From Planctomycetales bacterium (GTDB lineage: Bacteria; 4484-113; JAFGCY01), in contig CP060262.1 of the NCBI GenBank assembly GCA_022646745.1, positions 2,070,001 to 2,102,000 on the forward strand: DNA of 32,000 nt, read 5' to 3'. The position numbers and the translations under genes were made by a program. The notes below the pieces were generated by a model. That model was not told the DNA's origin, did no database searches, and saw only the letters and a program-made list of their open reading frames with translations. Below are positions 1 through 8,598 of this stretch, piece after piece. Positions within the stretch are counted from its first letter, which is position 1; each line of letters begins with the position of its first letter.

Positions 1-1971
1 GATCTTGCCGCGGTAGACATCCAGCGACTCGATGATCGTATCCGTCTTGGCCAGCTCGCGGATGTCAATCCTGCGCTCGCTGATCTCCTGCTTCAGTTCC
101 TCATAGCGGCGCTCAATGCCAGCCGGGTCGCCCTTCAAAAGCTCGGTGATTGCATTCTCGATGAAGCGGTGCAAGAACGGCTCTAGGCCGCGGCTCTTCA
201 GGGCTGAGCCCTTGATCTGGATGTTGCCATTACTGTCCAGGAGCGCGTAGTTCTTGATCTTGACTGACAGCATCGCCGGGAAGCAGCCGCCGTACTCGAC
301 GACGATCCCTTCCTTCAGCTTCGAGTTGAACCTGGCAACCAGTGCCTCACCCTCCTCATCGCTGATCGCGCCCCTGTCAAAGCGGAAGTAGATGCCATCC
401 GTGTCGATCTCGATCACGTGCCCGCCTTCCTCCTCGACGAGCGTTGCCAGCTTCTGCACGATCTCCTGCCCGGTGGCGGTGATGTGCTCGGCGCTCGTCG
501 GGTCGGCCCAGTGCATGCGGTTGGTGCCGAGGTAGCCAAAGAAGCTGTTGATGAACACCTTGAACGCGGCCTGGCGGGCATCCGCCAGTACACGCACCTT
601 CTCGTCGCCACTTTCCCGCGCCAGGCGCTTGGCCTCCAGCCGCTGGCGGGTCAGCTCACGCAAGAGCGGCTGGAACACGCCGACGGTGTCGGAGTAGGGC
701 GCGATCTCCTCCGTGAGCATGATGCTCGGGTACAGGCTGGCAATGTCAACGTTGAGCACATTGGCAATCAGGCCGCTTTCACGCATGTCGGTGAAGCCGC
801 CGGGGAAGGTCATCGCATCACTCGGCTCGGGGATGCTCTCTCCGAGGCGCAGGTACTCACGCATGATCAGGTTGTTGATCTTCACGCCGTTGCCACGCAC
901 CGCGCTGTCCTGCAGCGAGAATGGCAGCATCTGGCTCTGGGCGAAGTAGCTCGGCACAAGTGTGCGGAAGATGCGCTGCGTCGCCGCCAGTTCATTGTGC
1001 AGGTCGGCCTCCAGGGCACTGCGGTCTTTGTCCCACAGTGCAGCGTGGTCCCAGCTCTCCGCCAGCGGCGGCAGCTGGTTCTGCCTGTCGAGGTAGTTGG
1101 CAACGCTTGCCGCATCGAACTCCTCCAGTTCGCGCTTGACGATGTCGTAGAACACCGTCAGGAACCACGTGTCCACGAGATGCCTGCCAACAACGTCCGC
1201 GCGCGGGTACTCCAGCTGCTTCTCTGCGGCCGGCGCACGGCTCTTCCTGACCTTCACGATGCTGCCATCGCGTCCGAGATCCAGCTTGATGCGGTGCTTC
1301 TTGCAGCGCAGGAAGAAGTGGTTGAAGCTGAGCTTGAACAGGTCGTGCCCGACGATCACATCCGGGTCGATCTCCTTCAGGCGCTCAAGCGTGAGCTGCA
1401 GCAACTTCTTCTCATCGTCATGCTGCAAGAGCTCAGTTTCGCCGGTGGCGCTGTCTGCCAGCATCACCATCACGATCCGGTCGTCCAGCACGTTCGGGTC
1501 GGCATAGTCCGCCCCGGCGGAAGGGTAGGCCCGCAGGCCGAAGTAGACAGTGCGCACGTCATCCAGCGCCATGTCTGTGAAATGCGTCAGTCCCGTGTCC
1601 ATCAGGAACATGTTCACCGGGTCGGTGAACTTGATGAAGGGCTCGTGCTCGTAGTTGAGCTTATCCTGGCGGTAGAGCGCGGAGACGTGCTTCAGCACCT
1701 CCCTCTGGTCCTCCCAGGAATCACTGCGCACCCGGCAGCAATAATAGTTCTCGCCGGCGAGCTCCTCGATGTCCGGTGTCGGGGCGGCCTGGTCCAGTAG
1801 CTCGGCATGCGAGCAGAGGAACATCGGCCGGTAGTCCACATGCTCCGCCTCCACCTGGCCGTCGCGGCGCCACCACAGCGTCATTCCGGTGGCGTCCTCA
1901 GCGCATCCAACCAGGCCGGGACGGCCGTCACTGCCCCACAGCATCTCCAGTCTCTCGTCACTGTTGCTCAT
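1..1971 (-). CDS. polB: Family B DNA polymerase (Pol II-like). N-terminal 657 codons only; the C-terminus runs off the left edge of the window.
   Basis: Absent from the ORF track because no stop codon lies in the window. Manual minus-strand translation from the ATG at 1971..1969 is open to base 1. It shows polymerase motif A NVDIASLYPSIM, motif B KVFINSFFGYLG, motif C IEIDTDGIYF and KNYALL. The 418..1800 + ORF is its antisense shadow. Confidence 0.9.
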   Translation of the reverse strand, partial: MSNSDERLEMLWGSDGRPGLVGCAEDATGMTLWWRRDGQVEAEHVDYRPMFLCSHAELLDQAAPTPDIEELAGENYYCCRVRSDSWEDQREVLKHVSALYRQDKLNYEHEPFIKFTDPVNMFLMDTGLTHFTDMALDDVRTVYFGLRAYPSAGADYADPNVLDDRIVMVMLADSATGETELLQHDDEKKLLQLTLERLKEIDPDVIVGHDLFKLSFNHFFLRCKKHRIKLDLGRDGSIVKVRKSRAPAAEKQLEYPRADVVGRHLVDTWFLTVFYDIVKRELEEFDAASVANYLDRQNQLPPLAESWDHAALWDKDRSALEADLHNELAATQRIFRTLVPSYFAQSQMLPFSLQDSAVRGNGVKINNLIMREYLRLGESIPEPSDAMTFPGGFTDMRESGLIANVLNVDIASLYPSIMLTEEIAPYSDTVGVFQPLLRELTRQRLEAKRLARESGDEKVRVLADARQAAFKVFINSFFGYLGTNRMHWADPTSAEHITATGQEIVQKLATLVEEEGGHVIEIDTDGIYFRFDRGAISDEEGEALVARFNSKLKEGIVVEYGGCFPAMLSVKIKNYALLDSNGNIQIKGSALKSRGLEPFLHRFIENAITELLKGDPAGIERRYEELKQEISERRIDIRELAKTDTIIESLDVYRGKI

Positions 1972-2066
1972 CTTTCGCCCTGCACTATCCTGATGGAGCT
2001 GAGTTTACCTGACCCCGCGGGGCCAGATCGGCCATTTCACCCAGGGAGACAGTTATAGTAAGTTGC

Positions 2067-2095
2067 TTGACACCGCTTGCAGTCTGCCTTATCCT
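2067..2095 (+). promoter_or_regulatory. Candidate sigma70-type promoter for the rplY operon
   Basis: TTGACA at 2067..2072, a 17-nt spacer, then TATCCT at 2090..2095, about 50 nt upstream of the rplY ATG. Sequence pattern only. Confidence 0.3.
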
Positions 2096-2144
2096 TATAA
2101 GTTCCACTGGCGGACCAGCGGAAAAACGAGAGGTATATCCCGAA

Positions 2145-2435
2145 ATGGCTATCGAACTTACAGCGGAAAAGCGTACCGAGTTCGGCAAGGAAAGGTGCAA
2201 GAAGCTTCGTGCTCGCAACATCCTGCCGGGCAACCTGTACGGCGGCGACTTCAAGGAGCCCGTCGCGATCCAGCTTGAGCTCAACCACAATGAGCTTGTG
2301 ATCAAGCGCAACGGCAAGCGCGCCGAGTATGTGCTGAACTTTGAGGGCAAGACCATCCCGGTGCGGATCGAGGAGATCCGCTACGAGCCGGTGATGAAGG
2401 CCTTCAAGCACCTCGATTTCGTGGTCAAGAGCTGA
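2145..2435 (+). CDS. rplY: 50S ribosomal protein L25, short 5S rRNA-binding form
   Basis: MAIELTAEKRTEFGKERCKKLRARNILPGNLYGG...HLDFVVKS resembles E. coli L25 ([31 protein letters not shown]...HIDFV). GAGAGG RBS at 2128..2133. The ORF-track start at 2067 is an upstream extension. Confidence 0.85.
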   Translation: MAIELTAEKRTEFGKERCKKLRARNILPGNLYGGDFKEPVAIQLELNHNELVIKRNGKRAEYVLNFEGKTIPVRIEEIRYEPVMKAFKHLDFVVKS

Positions 2436-3505
2436 TGGACGAGGAAGGCCGGAGCCAAGTAATCGCCCAGATTGAGGAGAGCCGCGGTCACCTGCATCGC
2501 ATCCACCGCCTGCTCGCCGACCTCAAGGGCCGCAACAGTCCCGCCGAGAGCATCGAGGAGGACCTGTTCCGCGTCCGTGAGGGCTACCACAACTTCCGGC
2601 TGGATTCTTTCAGCCAGCCCGCGCCTGAAATCAACTTCCAGAAGAACCCTGTCTCGCACAGCCTGAACCTGCGCTTCTTCTCGCGCACGCTGCAGCGCAC
2701 CCAGCTGGTCGGCCACTTCCTGGTCAAGGGCCAGGAGGTGCCGGTGCATTATTCGATCACCGGTGCAATCGTGCTGATGCGCCAGAACCGCAGCTTCAAG
2801 GTCTGGGGTTCCCCGGCCCTGCGCTACAACGTGCTCTTGCCCTTCCGCTATGTGGAGGACAGGAGCGTGCTGGACAGCATCCGCAACGACAGCCTGATCC
2901 ACCTGGTGGATTCCGAGGCTGACCGCGACGAGTACACCCAGATGCGTATCTCCGCGGTGCGCAAGGCGCATGAGATCACGCGCCAGCTGCGCGGTGGCCT
3001 GTTCTCGCAGTGGAAGGAGAAGGAAGGCAAGGACTTAAGCCAGGTGATGGTGGCCGATGGCATGATCGAAGACCTGCCAAACAGTGACCTGACCGACAAC
3101 TTCATCGCCACCAGCCGCACGGTCTACGTGCCCTGGCAGAACTCCGAGCTTGTCGAGTCGCAGCTCACCATCCCGGCCTACCGCCGCGGTGAGGTGATGA
3201 AGGTCACCGACACCACCGAAAGCGGGCCCAACAACAAGTACACATGGTTCACGCGGATGCGCATGAAGAGCCAGTCCGGACCGGAGTTTGGCCTGCTGCG
3301 CACCACGATCATCGCGGACAGCGACCAGGACGCGCTGGAACGTGCCAATGCGTTCTCCTCATGCCTCGTGGCGGAGCGCCTGCCGGTGACCTACCCGGCG
3401 GACAACTGGGACAAGCTGATCTTCCCCCACAAGCTCTGCAATGACTTCCTTGAGAGCATGATCCCGACGCAGACGACAGTGAAATCATACTTTGCACGCA
3501 TGTAA
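2435..3505 (+). CDS. NurA-like nuclease (tentative), partner of the downstream HerA-like ATPase
   Basis: 356 aa, the usual size for bacterial NurA, and positioned directly upstream of a HerA-like gene. Possible NurA motifs are LIHLVDSE and VMVADGMIED (DGxL-like). The start overlaps the rplY stop (TGATG). The assignment rests mainly on context. Confidence 0.45.
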   Translation: MDEEGRSQVIAQIEESRGHLHRIHRLLADLKGRNSPAESIEEDLFRVREGYHNFRLDSFSQPAPEINFQKNPVSHSLNLRFFSRTLQRTQLVGHFLVKGQEVPVHYSITGAIVLMRQNRSFKVWGSPALRYNVLLPFRYVEDRSVLDSIRNDSLIHLVDSEADRDEYTQMRISAVRKAHEITRQLRGGLFSQWKEKEGKDLSQVMVADGMIEDLPNSDLTDNFIATSRTVYVPWQNSELVESQLTIPAYRRGEVMKVTDTTESGPNNKYTWFTRMRMKSQSGPEFGLLRTTIIADSDQDALERANAFSSCLVAERLPVTYPADNWDKLIFPHKLCNDFLESMIPTQTTVKSYFARM

Positions 3506-3526
3506 CCGAGCTTAGGAGGCTATCCA

Positions 3527-5287
3527 GTGCAGAACGGCAGACCGGAATGCAAACATCCCGAATACGTGAACTTGGAGTTCGGCTCGATCGGCAAGTCGGC
3601 CAGTACCCGCGCCAACCCGAACACGGCGCAGTACTTCTACTTCTGGCTTGCCGCCGGCGCCTCCACGCTCGAGCTCGGTAACGTCGTCGGCGCGGTGACG
3701 GACGACGGCCATGTGACCTTCGGCACAGTCGTCGAGCTGTCCACCGTGATGGACATCGAGAACTTCCTCTCGGACTACATCTCGCATGACTTCGGCGACC
3801 CGAACGTCAGCCCGCCGAGTGACCTGGCCGAGATCATGATCGCCAAGGTGAACGTGATCCGCGCGACCCACGACCGCATCCGTCCGATCGGCCGTGGTTC
3901 GATCTTCTTCGCGACCCCCGCCGGTGTGGCCTGGAGCCTCGGCATGGCGGACTACGTGGAGGAAGACCGCGGTATCCCGATCGGCGTGATGGAGAACGGC
4001 GACGGTTCGCTGGTGCCGATCTTCCTCGACGACGAATTCCTGATCGGCCCGGAAGGCTCCCACATGAACATGTCGGGAATCTCGGGTCTGGCCACCAAGA
4101 CGAGCCTCGTCGAGTTCCTGCTGAAGTCCATCCTCGAGAAGATGATCAAGACGGATAAGCGCAAGGTCGCCGCCGTCTTCTTCAACGTGAAGGGTAAGGA
4201 CCTCCTGTACCTCGACAAGCCGAACCCGCAGTACGAGCGCAACGACCCGTACACCAACAAGTGCCGCCAGATGTACGACGTGCTGGGCATCGAGATGACG
4301 CCCTTCGAGAACGTGCGTGTGTTCGCACCCTACGACCGCAACAGTGACGGGCACACCAAGTCCTTCCGCCGCGACGGTAAGGTTGAGCACTTCATCTGGG
4401 ACCTGAACGAGATCGTGGAGGACATCCCCTACCTGTTCGACCGCGACTCCTGGGATGAGTCCGTTGACGCTGTCTACGTTGACATCAAGGACCAGATCGA
4501 GCGCCAGCCGATCCGCAGTTACGACCAGCTGATCGCCTGGATCAACGAGGAGCGCCGCGTCGTCTCCCAGGGCCACGTCACCCACTGGCGCGGCCATGAG
4601 AAGGAGGACTTCTACAAGTGCGCGAAGAACCTCGACGCACTGTCCGGCCTGTACGACGGCCTGATCTGCACCGGCGGTGTGGACCAGGTGGACGTGCCGC
4701 TGGAGGACCTCTACAACGGTTCGATCTTCGTGGTTGACATCCAGAGCCTCAACGACCGCGGACAGGCGATGGTGTTCTCCAAGATCCTCAAGCGTGTCTA
4801 CAAGGCGCTGATCGAGGACAACAAGGACGGCCACCGCGACTTCGACAGCGTCGTGTTCTTCATCGATGAGTTGAACAAGTTCGCCCCCGAGGACCCGCTG
4901 ATCAGTGCGCCGATCAAGCAGAGCGTGGTCGAGATCTGTGCCCGAGGCCGATCGATCGGCGTGTCGCTGTTCGGCGTGGAGCAGTTCATGAGCCAGATCG
5001 AGCCGCAGGTCGTTGACAACTCATCGACCCTGATCTACGGCCGTACCGGTCCGGCGGAGCTGATGACGAAGAACTACAGCTGGCTGGATGTCGACATGCG
5101 CAACCGCCTGACAACGGTGCCGAAGGGAACCTTCCTCCTGAAGCACGCGAAGTTCACCCAGCCGGTGTTCTGCAAGTTCCCGTTCCCGACCTGCGTGCCG
5201 GGCGACCAGTACGAGGAGGACCTGGAGAGCATCAAGGAGCGCGACCAGGTTTCCGCCTTCGCCTTCCGCCGCGACCTCGACGATTAA
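3527..5287 (+). CDS. herA: HerA-like (DUF87 / FtsK-HerA superfamily) ATPase
   Basis: GTG start 9 nt after an AGGAGG RBS (3512..3517). Deviant P-loop SGISGLATKTS. Walker B-like VVFFIDELNKFAP. ARGRSIGVSLFGVEQFMSQI and STLIYGR resemble the HerA C-terminal motifs. The N-terminal GNVVGAVTDDGHVTFGTVVEL fits a HAS-barrel. Confidence 0.75.
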   Translation: MQNGRPECKHPEYVNLEFGSIGKSASTRANPNTAQYFYFWLAAGASTLELGNVVGAVTDDGHVTFGTVVELSTVMDIENFLSDYISHDFGDPNVSPPSDLAEIMIAKVNVIRATHDRIRPIGRGSIFFATPAGVAWSLGMADYVEEDRGIPIGVMENGDGSLVPIFLDDEFLIGPEGSHMNMSGISGLATKTSLVEFLLKSILEKMIKTDKRKVAAVFFNVKGKDLLYLDKPNPQYERNDPYTNKCRQMYDVLGIEMTPFENVRVFAPYDRNSDGHTKSFRRDGKVEHFIWDLNEIVEDIPYLFDRDSWDESVDAVYVDIKDQIERQPIRSYDQLIAWINEERRVVSQGHVTHWRGHEKEDFYKCAKNLDALSGLYDGLICTGGVDQVDVPLEDLYNGSIFVVDIQSLNDRGQAMVFSKILKRVYKALIEDNKDGHRDFDSVVFFIDELNKFAPEDPLISAPIKQSVVEICARGRSIGVSLFGVEQFMSQIEPQVVDNSSTLIYGRTGPAELMTKNYSWLDVDMRNRLTTVPKGTFLLKHAKFTQPVFCKFPFPTCVPGDQYEEDLESIKERDQVSAFAFRRDLDD

Positions 5288-5354
5288 TCCGAGGTGCGGC
5301 GCAAGTCGCACAATGGGAGGCCCGGTGTCAGCCGGGCAACAATCGAGAAAACAA

Positions 5355-5380
5355 AGGCCGTCCCACGGGGCGGCCTTTTC
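5355..5380. terminator. Rho-independent terminator hairpin, potentially bidirectional
   Basis: AGGCCGTCCC-AC-GGGGCGGCCT followed by TTTT on the + strand. An A-run precedes it, giving a T-run on the minus strand. It lies 70 nt after the herA stop. Confidence 0.7.
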
Positions 5381-5676
5381 TATATTCCGCCTCGTGCAAG
5401 CACTCGGCGGTCTGGCGCTGCGATTGCACATCCGTGCAATCGGGCCGCGCTGGCAACGGAGGTTACAGGTTGGAGTGGGGAGGGTGGTGACTGGAGATGC
5501 GCAGCTTGTCTGCGCACCATGCAGAGGAGTGTGAGCTTTCAGCTCGCAGGATTGGCAACGTAGGGCGGCAGTAATACTGCCGCCGGGATGCGGTACTACC
5601 TCATCCCTGTTCAATCACCCGGGCCGGTAATCTGAAGCCAGTAGGGATTTGATTTAGATGTGCTAGACTTTCGTTC

Positions 5677-6183
5677 ATGCCCAACCTGCCTTGCATCCCA
5701 GTGGCCATCCTTGCTATTTGTTTGTTCGTCACTTCCTGTCCGGCTTCTTCCCGAAAGAATCTTTCCACGTCCCAGCCCGTTGTCATGCCGGCCTCCTGGC
5801 CGCTGCCAAATTTGTCGGTGCCGCCGGGAAGTTCAAGGAATCCCGCTGGGAGGTTTAGTCGTAGCACTCTTACATATGTGGTTGAGAGAAAGGAATACAA
5901 TGACGGGGAAGGAGTCTTCTGGGTGGTTGGATTCAAAACTGACGATGACATCAAATCAGTAAGTAAACACGTTGAATCCTGTCTGGATATGAATAACTTT
6001 GAATTGGATGGAGAAAGCCTCGACGGTTCATTCAAATCAATAACTTGGAATTCCAAAGATGGGAAGTATTTTGTGGTTCTGCATTATTCAAAACGTTGGC
6101 AAATTAAGGATGCCAATGCTCCTATTGGGATCTCATATTTTTCCGGTTACACACTCACGGTAATGGAAAAGCTCAAGAAGTAG
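5677..6183 (+). CDS. Hypothetical lipoprotein
   Basis: Signal peptide with lipobox (AILAICLFVTSC). The 3' two thirds are visibly lower in GC than the surroundings. No family recognised. Confidence 0.55.
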   Translation: MPNLPCIPVAILAICLFVTSCPASSRKNLSTSQPVVMPASWPLPNLSVPPGSSRNPAGRFSRSTLTYVVERKEYNDGEGVFWVVGFKTDDDIKSVSKHVESCLDMNNFELDGESLDGSFKSITWNSKDGKYFVVLHYSKRWQIKDANAPIGISYFSGYTLTVMEKLKK

Positions 6184-6266
6184 TACGCTTCAGCTACCAA
6201 GAACTTCTTCCACTATTCATACTATTGATACTACTCAGACTATTGCCAGAGCATGGCTCTGGCCTC

Positions 6267-6848
6267 CTACTTCCCACGCACGTGCTCGCTGGCAGCCTTC
6301 ATCGCCGTGAGCACTTCCTTGTCAATCTCCTTCACACTGCTCACGCGGATGCGGTGCGTGAACTTCGGGTTGCTGTTCTTGATCGCCTCCAGCCTGCCCG
6401 CTTCCTTCGTGCCCGGCGGCATTGCCAGTTCGAGGTCCACCGCCGACTGCGTGCGCGGGTTGATGATGGCGAACTGGTGCTTCGTGTGCAGCGAGCTGTA
6501 TGTCTTGCAGCAGATCTCCCGCACATCCTTGCCGAGTTTCATGCCTTCTTTCTTCAGGCGGTCGTAGATTGGCCGCAGCGCTTCCTTCTTGCCGCTGTAC
6601 AGCTCATCCATCAGCTTGTCGCCATCGTCGTAGGCGGTGATGCGGTCCGGGTCCGTCACGCCCCAGCCGACCCACAGCGCCTGGTTGTGCTTCACGCCGT
6701 GCTCGGACTTCATCCAGTCCACGATTTCCTTGTGCTTCGACAGGCCGGCCTTCTTCGCGGCCTTGACCCAGTATTCGAGCGGCTTGCCGCTCTGTTCCTC
6801 CAGCATGCGGATCTGTGACTTGATCATTTCCCCCGGTGAATCAGGCAT
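6267..6848 (-). CDS. DUF4287/DUF5655-like protein
   Basis: MPDSPGEMIKSQIRMLEEQSGKPLEYWVKAAKKAGLSKHKEIVDWMKSEHGVKHNQA matches my recollection of the DUF4287 N-terminus. GGAGGA RBS upstream of the ATG at 6848. The ORF-track start at 6995 is an extension. Confidence 0.6.
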   Translation of the reverse strand: MPDSPGEMIKSQIRMLEEQSGKPLEYWVKAAKKAGLSKHKEIVDWMKSEHGVKHNQALWVGWGVTDPDRITAYDDGDKLMDELYSGKKEALRPIYDRLKKEGMKLGKDVREICCKTYSSLHTKHQFAIINPRTQSAVDLELAMPPGTKEAGRLEAIKNSNPKFTHRIRVSSVKEIDKEVLTAMKAASEHVRGK

Positions 6849-6954
6849 GGCGCTTCCTCCAGTAATCTGCTCCGTCCAGTATACAAACAGTGCAAGGCTG
6901 CTGCCAGCCCGGTATAGTCTGGGGGGCCGAAAACTGACCAGGAGTACAGGGAAC

Positions 6955-8598
6955 ATGCACAGACTGACTGCAGGCGTGCTGCTGCTGATCGCCATGCTGG
7001 CATCCGGCTGCGGCGGAGGACAGGCGGGGCCGCAGGCCAGCCCGCCGACGGATGCCCCCGGCCTGCCGTCAGTGCCGGCTGAACTTGAGCGCTCGGCAAG
7101 CTACGACACGGTATTCCTGCTCAGCTACGGTGATGAGTACCGGGCTTCTCTGCCCAGCAACCGCGTGACCATCGCCGGCGACAGCCTGCTGTTCAGCCCC
7201 GACTGGGATCCCGCCGGAAAGCCGGCGGATGCATCGCAGCTGGCCTTCGCGCTGTACAGCTTCCCGATCGCTGACTATCCGGGGGAGGCCTACATTGACC
7301 TCAACTGGAACGGGGCGGCCCCGGCGCAGGACTACTTCATCGGCATCGCCGATCCGAACGCACTGCGCTGGCAGTGGTACAGTGGCACGGCGCGTTTCTC
7401 ACCGCCTGGTGGCTTCGCTCCCTGGCTGTATCCCTCAGGCGAAGTCCTGATCGCAGTAATGCTCAGTGGCACGCAGGCTCACACACTCGACAGCCTGCAG
7501 GTCGGTGAGCCGCTGGAGTTGCCGAGCCTGCCAGTGGATGAGATCGTGGTACCGGATGGCTTCCGGGTCAGCCTGTTCGCTTATCCCGTCAACAACGCAC
7601 GCGCCATCTGCCATGGACCGGATGACATCATCTTCGTCGGCACCCGCAATGGCGGCACCAGTGGCCTGTTCGCGCTGCAGGATGCTGACAACAACACGCT
7701 GGTCACGCCGGGCGAGACCTTCTCCATCTACCAGGGCTACACCCAGCCCTGCGGGGTGGACTACCGCGACGGCTACCTCTACTGGTCGGACATCAGCCGC
7801 ATCTGGCGCGCTCCTATCACGGACCAGTTCCTTGCCCCACCGGCGGCTGAGCTGGTCAGCGACCAGTTCCCCACCGAGACGCACCACGGCTGGAAGTTCA
7901 TTCGCTTCGGGCCGGACGGAAAGCTATATGTGCCGGTAGGCGCACCCTGCAACATCTGTGACGATGGCGACCCCTACGCCACGATCATGCGGATGGATGC
8001 CAACGGTGACAACCTCGAGATCGTGGCCCGCGGCATCCGCAACACGGTCGGCTTTGACTGGCATCCCGTCACCGGCGAACTGTGGTTCACTGACAACGGG
8101 CGCGACAGCCTCGGTGACGGCATCCCGCCGGACGAGCTGAACCGCATCCCGGCCGGCTTCGAGGGCATACCGCACTTCGGCTACCCCCACTGGCACGGCA
8201 ATGACATCGCTGACCCGACCTACGGCGGCGGGCACACGGCCGATGAGTTTGAGCTGCCTGAACAGGAACTGGTGGCGCACTGCGCGGCACTCGGGATGCG
8301 CTTCTACACCGGCGAGATGTTCCCGGAGGAGTACCACAACCAGATATTCATCGCCGAGCATGGTGACTGGAACAACTTCTCTGACAACGTAGGTTGCCTG
8401 GTCAGCCTCGTGAGGCTGAATGAAGCCGGCACTGCCGCTGTCTCATACGAGCCCTTCGCCACCGGCTGGCAACGGGAGGATGGCACACGCTGGGACCGCC
8501 CGGCGGATGTGCAGGTGTTGCCGGATGGCTCACTGCTGGTCAGTGGCGACCAGGCCGGAGCGCTATACCGGATCACGTACCATGGGAGTGGGCAGTAG
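6955..8598 (+). CDS. Lipoprotein with a C-terminal PQQ-dependent sugar (glucose/sorbosone) dehydrogenase beta-propeller domain
   Basis: Start MHRLTAGVLLLIAMLASGC (lipobox) with AGGAG upstream. The C-terminal part has HHGWKFIRFGPDGKLYVPVGAPCN, RGIRNTVGFDWHPVTGELWFTDNGRD and PDELNRI, typical of the sorbosone dehydrogenase family. An N-terminal domain of about 180 aa is shared with the two downstream lipoproteins. Confidence 0.8.
   Translation: MHRLTAGVLLLIAMLASGCGGGQAGPQASPPTDAPGLPSVPAELERSASYDTVFLLSYGDEYRASLPSNRVTIAGDSLLFSPDWDPAGKPADASQLAFALYSFPIADYPGEAYIDLNWNGAAPAQDYFIGIADPNALRWQWYSGTARFSPPGGFAPWLYPSGEVLIAVMLSGTQAHTLDSLQVGEPLELPSLPVDEIVVPDGFRVSLFAYPVNNARAICHGPDDIIFVGTRNGGTSGLFALQDADNNTLVTPGETFSIYQGYTQPCGVDYRDGYLYWSDISRIWRAPITDQFLAPPAAELVSDQFPTETHHGWKFIRFGPDGKLYVPVGAPCNICDDGDPYATIMRMDANGDNLEIVARGIRNTVGFDWHPVTGELWFTDNGRDSLGDGIPPDELNRIPAGFEGIPHFGYPHWHGNDIADPTYGGGHTADEFELPEQELVAHCAALGMRFYTGEMFPEEYHNQIFIAEHGDWNNFSDNVGCLVSLVRLNEAGTAAVSYEPFATGWQREDGTRWDRPADVQVLPDGSLLVSGDQAGALYRITYHGSGQ

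Noticed and set aside
418-1800. 460-aa + strand ORF, the longest listed ORF in the first 2 kb
   Set aside because: It lies antisense to a minus-strand frame with unmistakable PolB motifs. The product is rich in Leu/Arg/Val/His/Gln and has no recognisable motifs, as expected for a shadow ORF in high-GC DNA.
2067-2144. Upstream extensions offered by the ORF track. They start at 2067 for rplY, 6637 for the dehydrogenase, 6995 for the DUF4287-like gene, 16674 for grpB, 17246 for mnmA, 24582 for the recombinase and 24672 for the FG-GAP gene.
   Set aside because: In each case an internal ATG with an RBS and/or a signal peptide or conserved N-terminus gives the expected protein. The extensions overlap promoters or neighbouring genes and encode atypical sequence.
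3512-4834. 440-aa minus-strand ORF
   Set aside because: Antisense shadow of the HerA-like gene. Its V/D/L/H-rich composition is typical of the reverse frame, and it has no RBS or motifs.
5601-6056. 151-aa minus-strand ORF overlapping the lipoprotein gene
   Set aside because: The + strand frame has a proper lipoprotein signal and a more protein-like composition. The minus-strand ORF is Ser/Leu/Thr-rich and has no start context.
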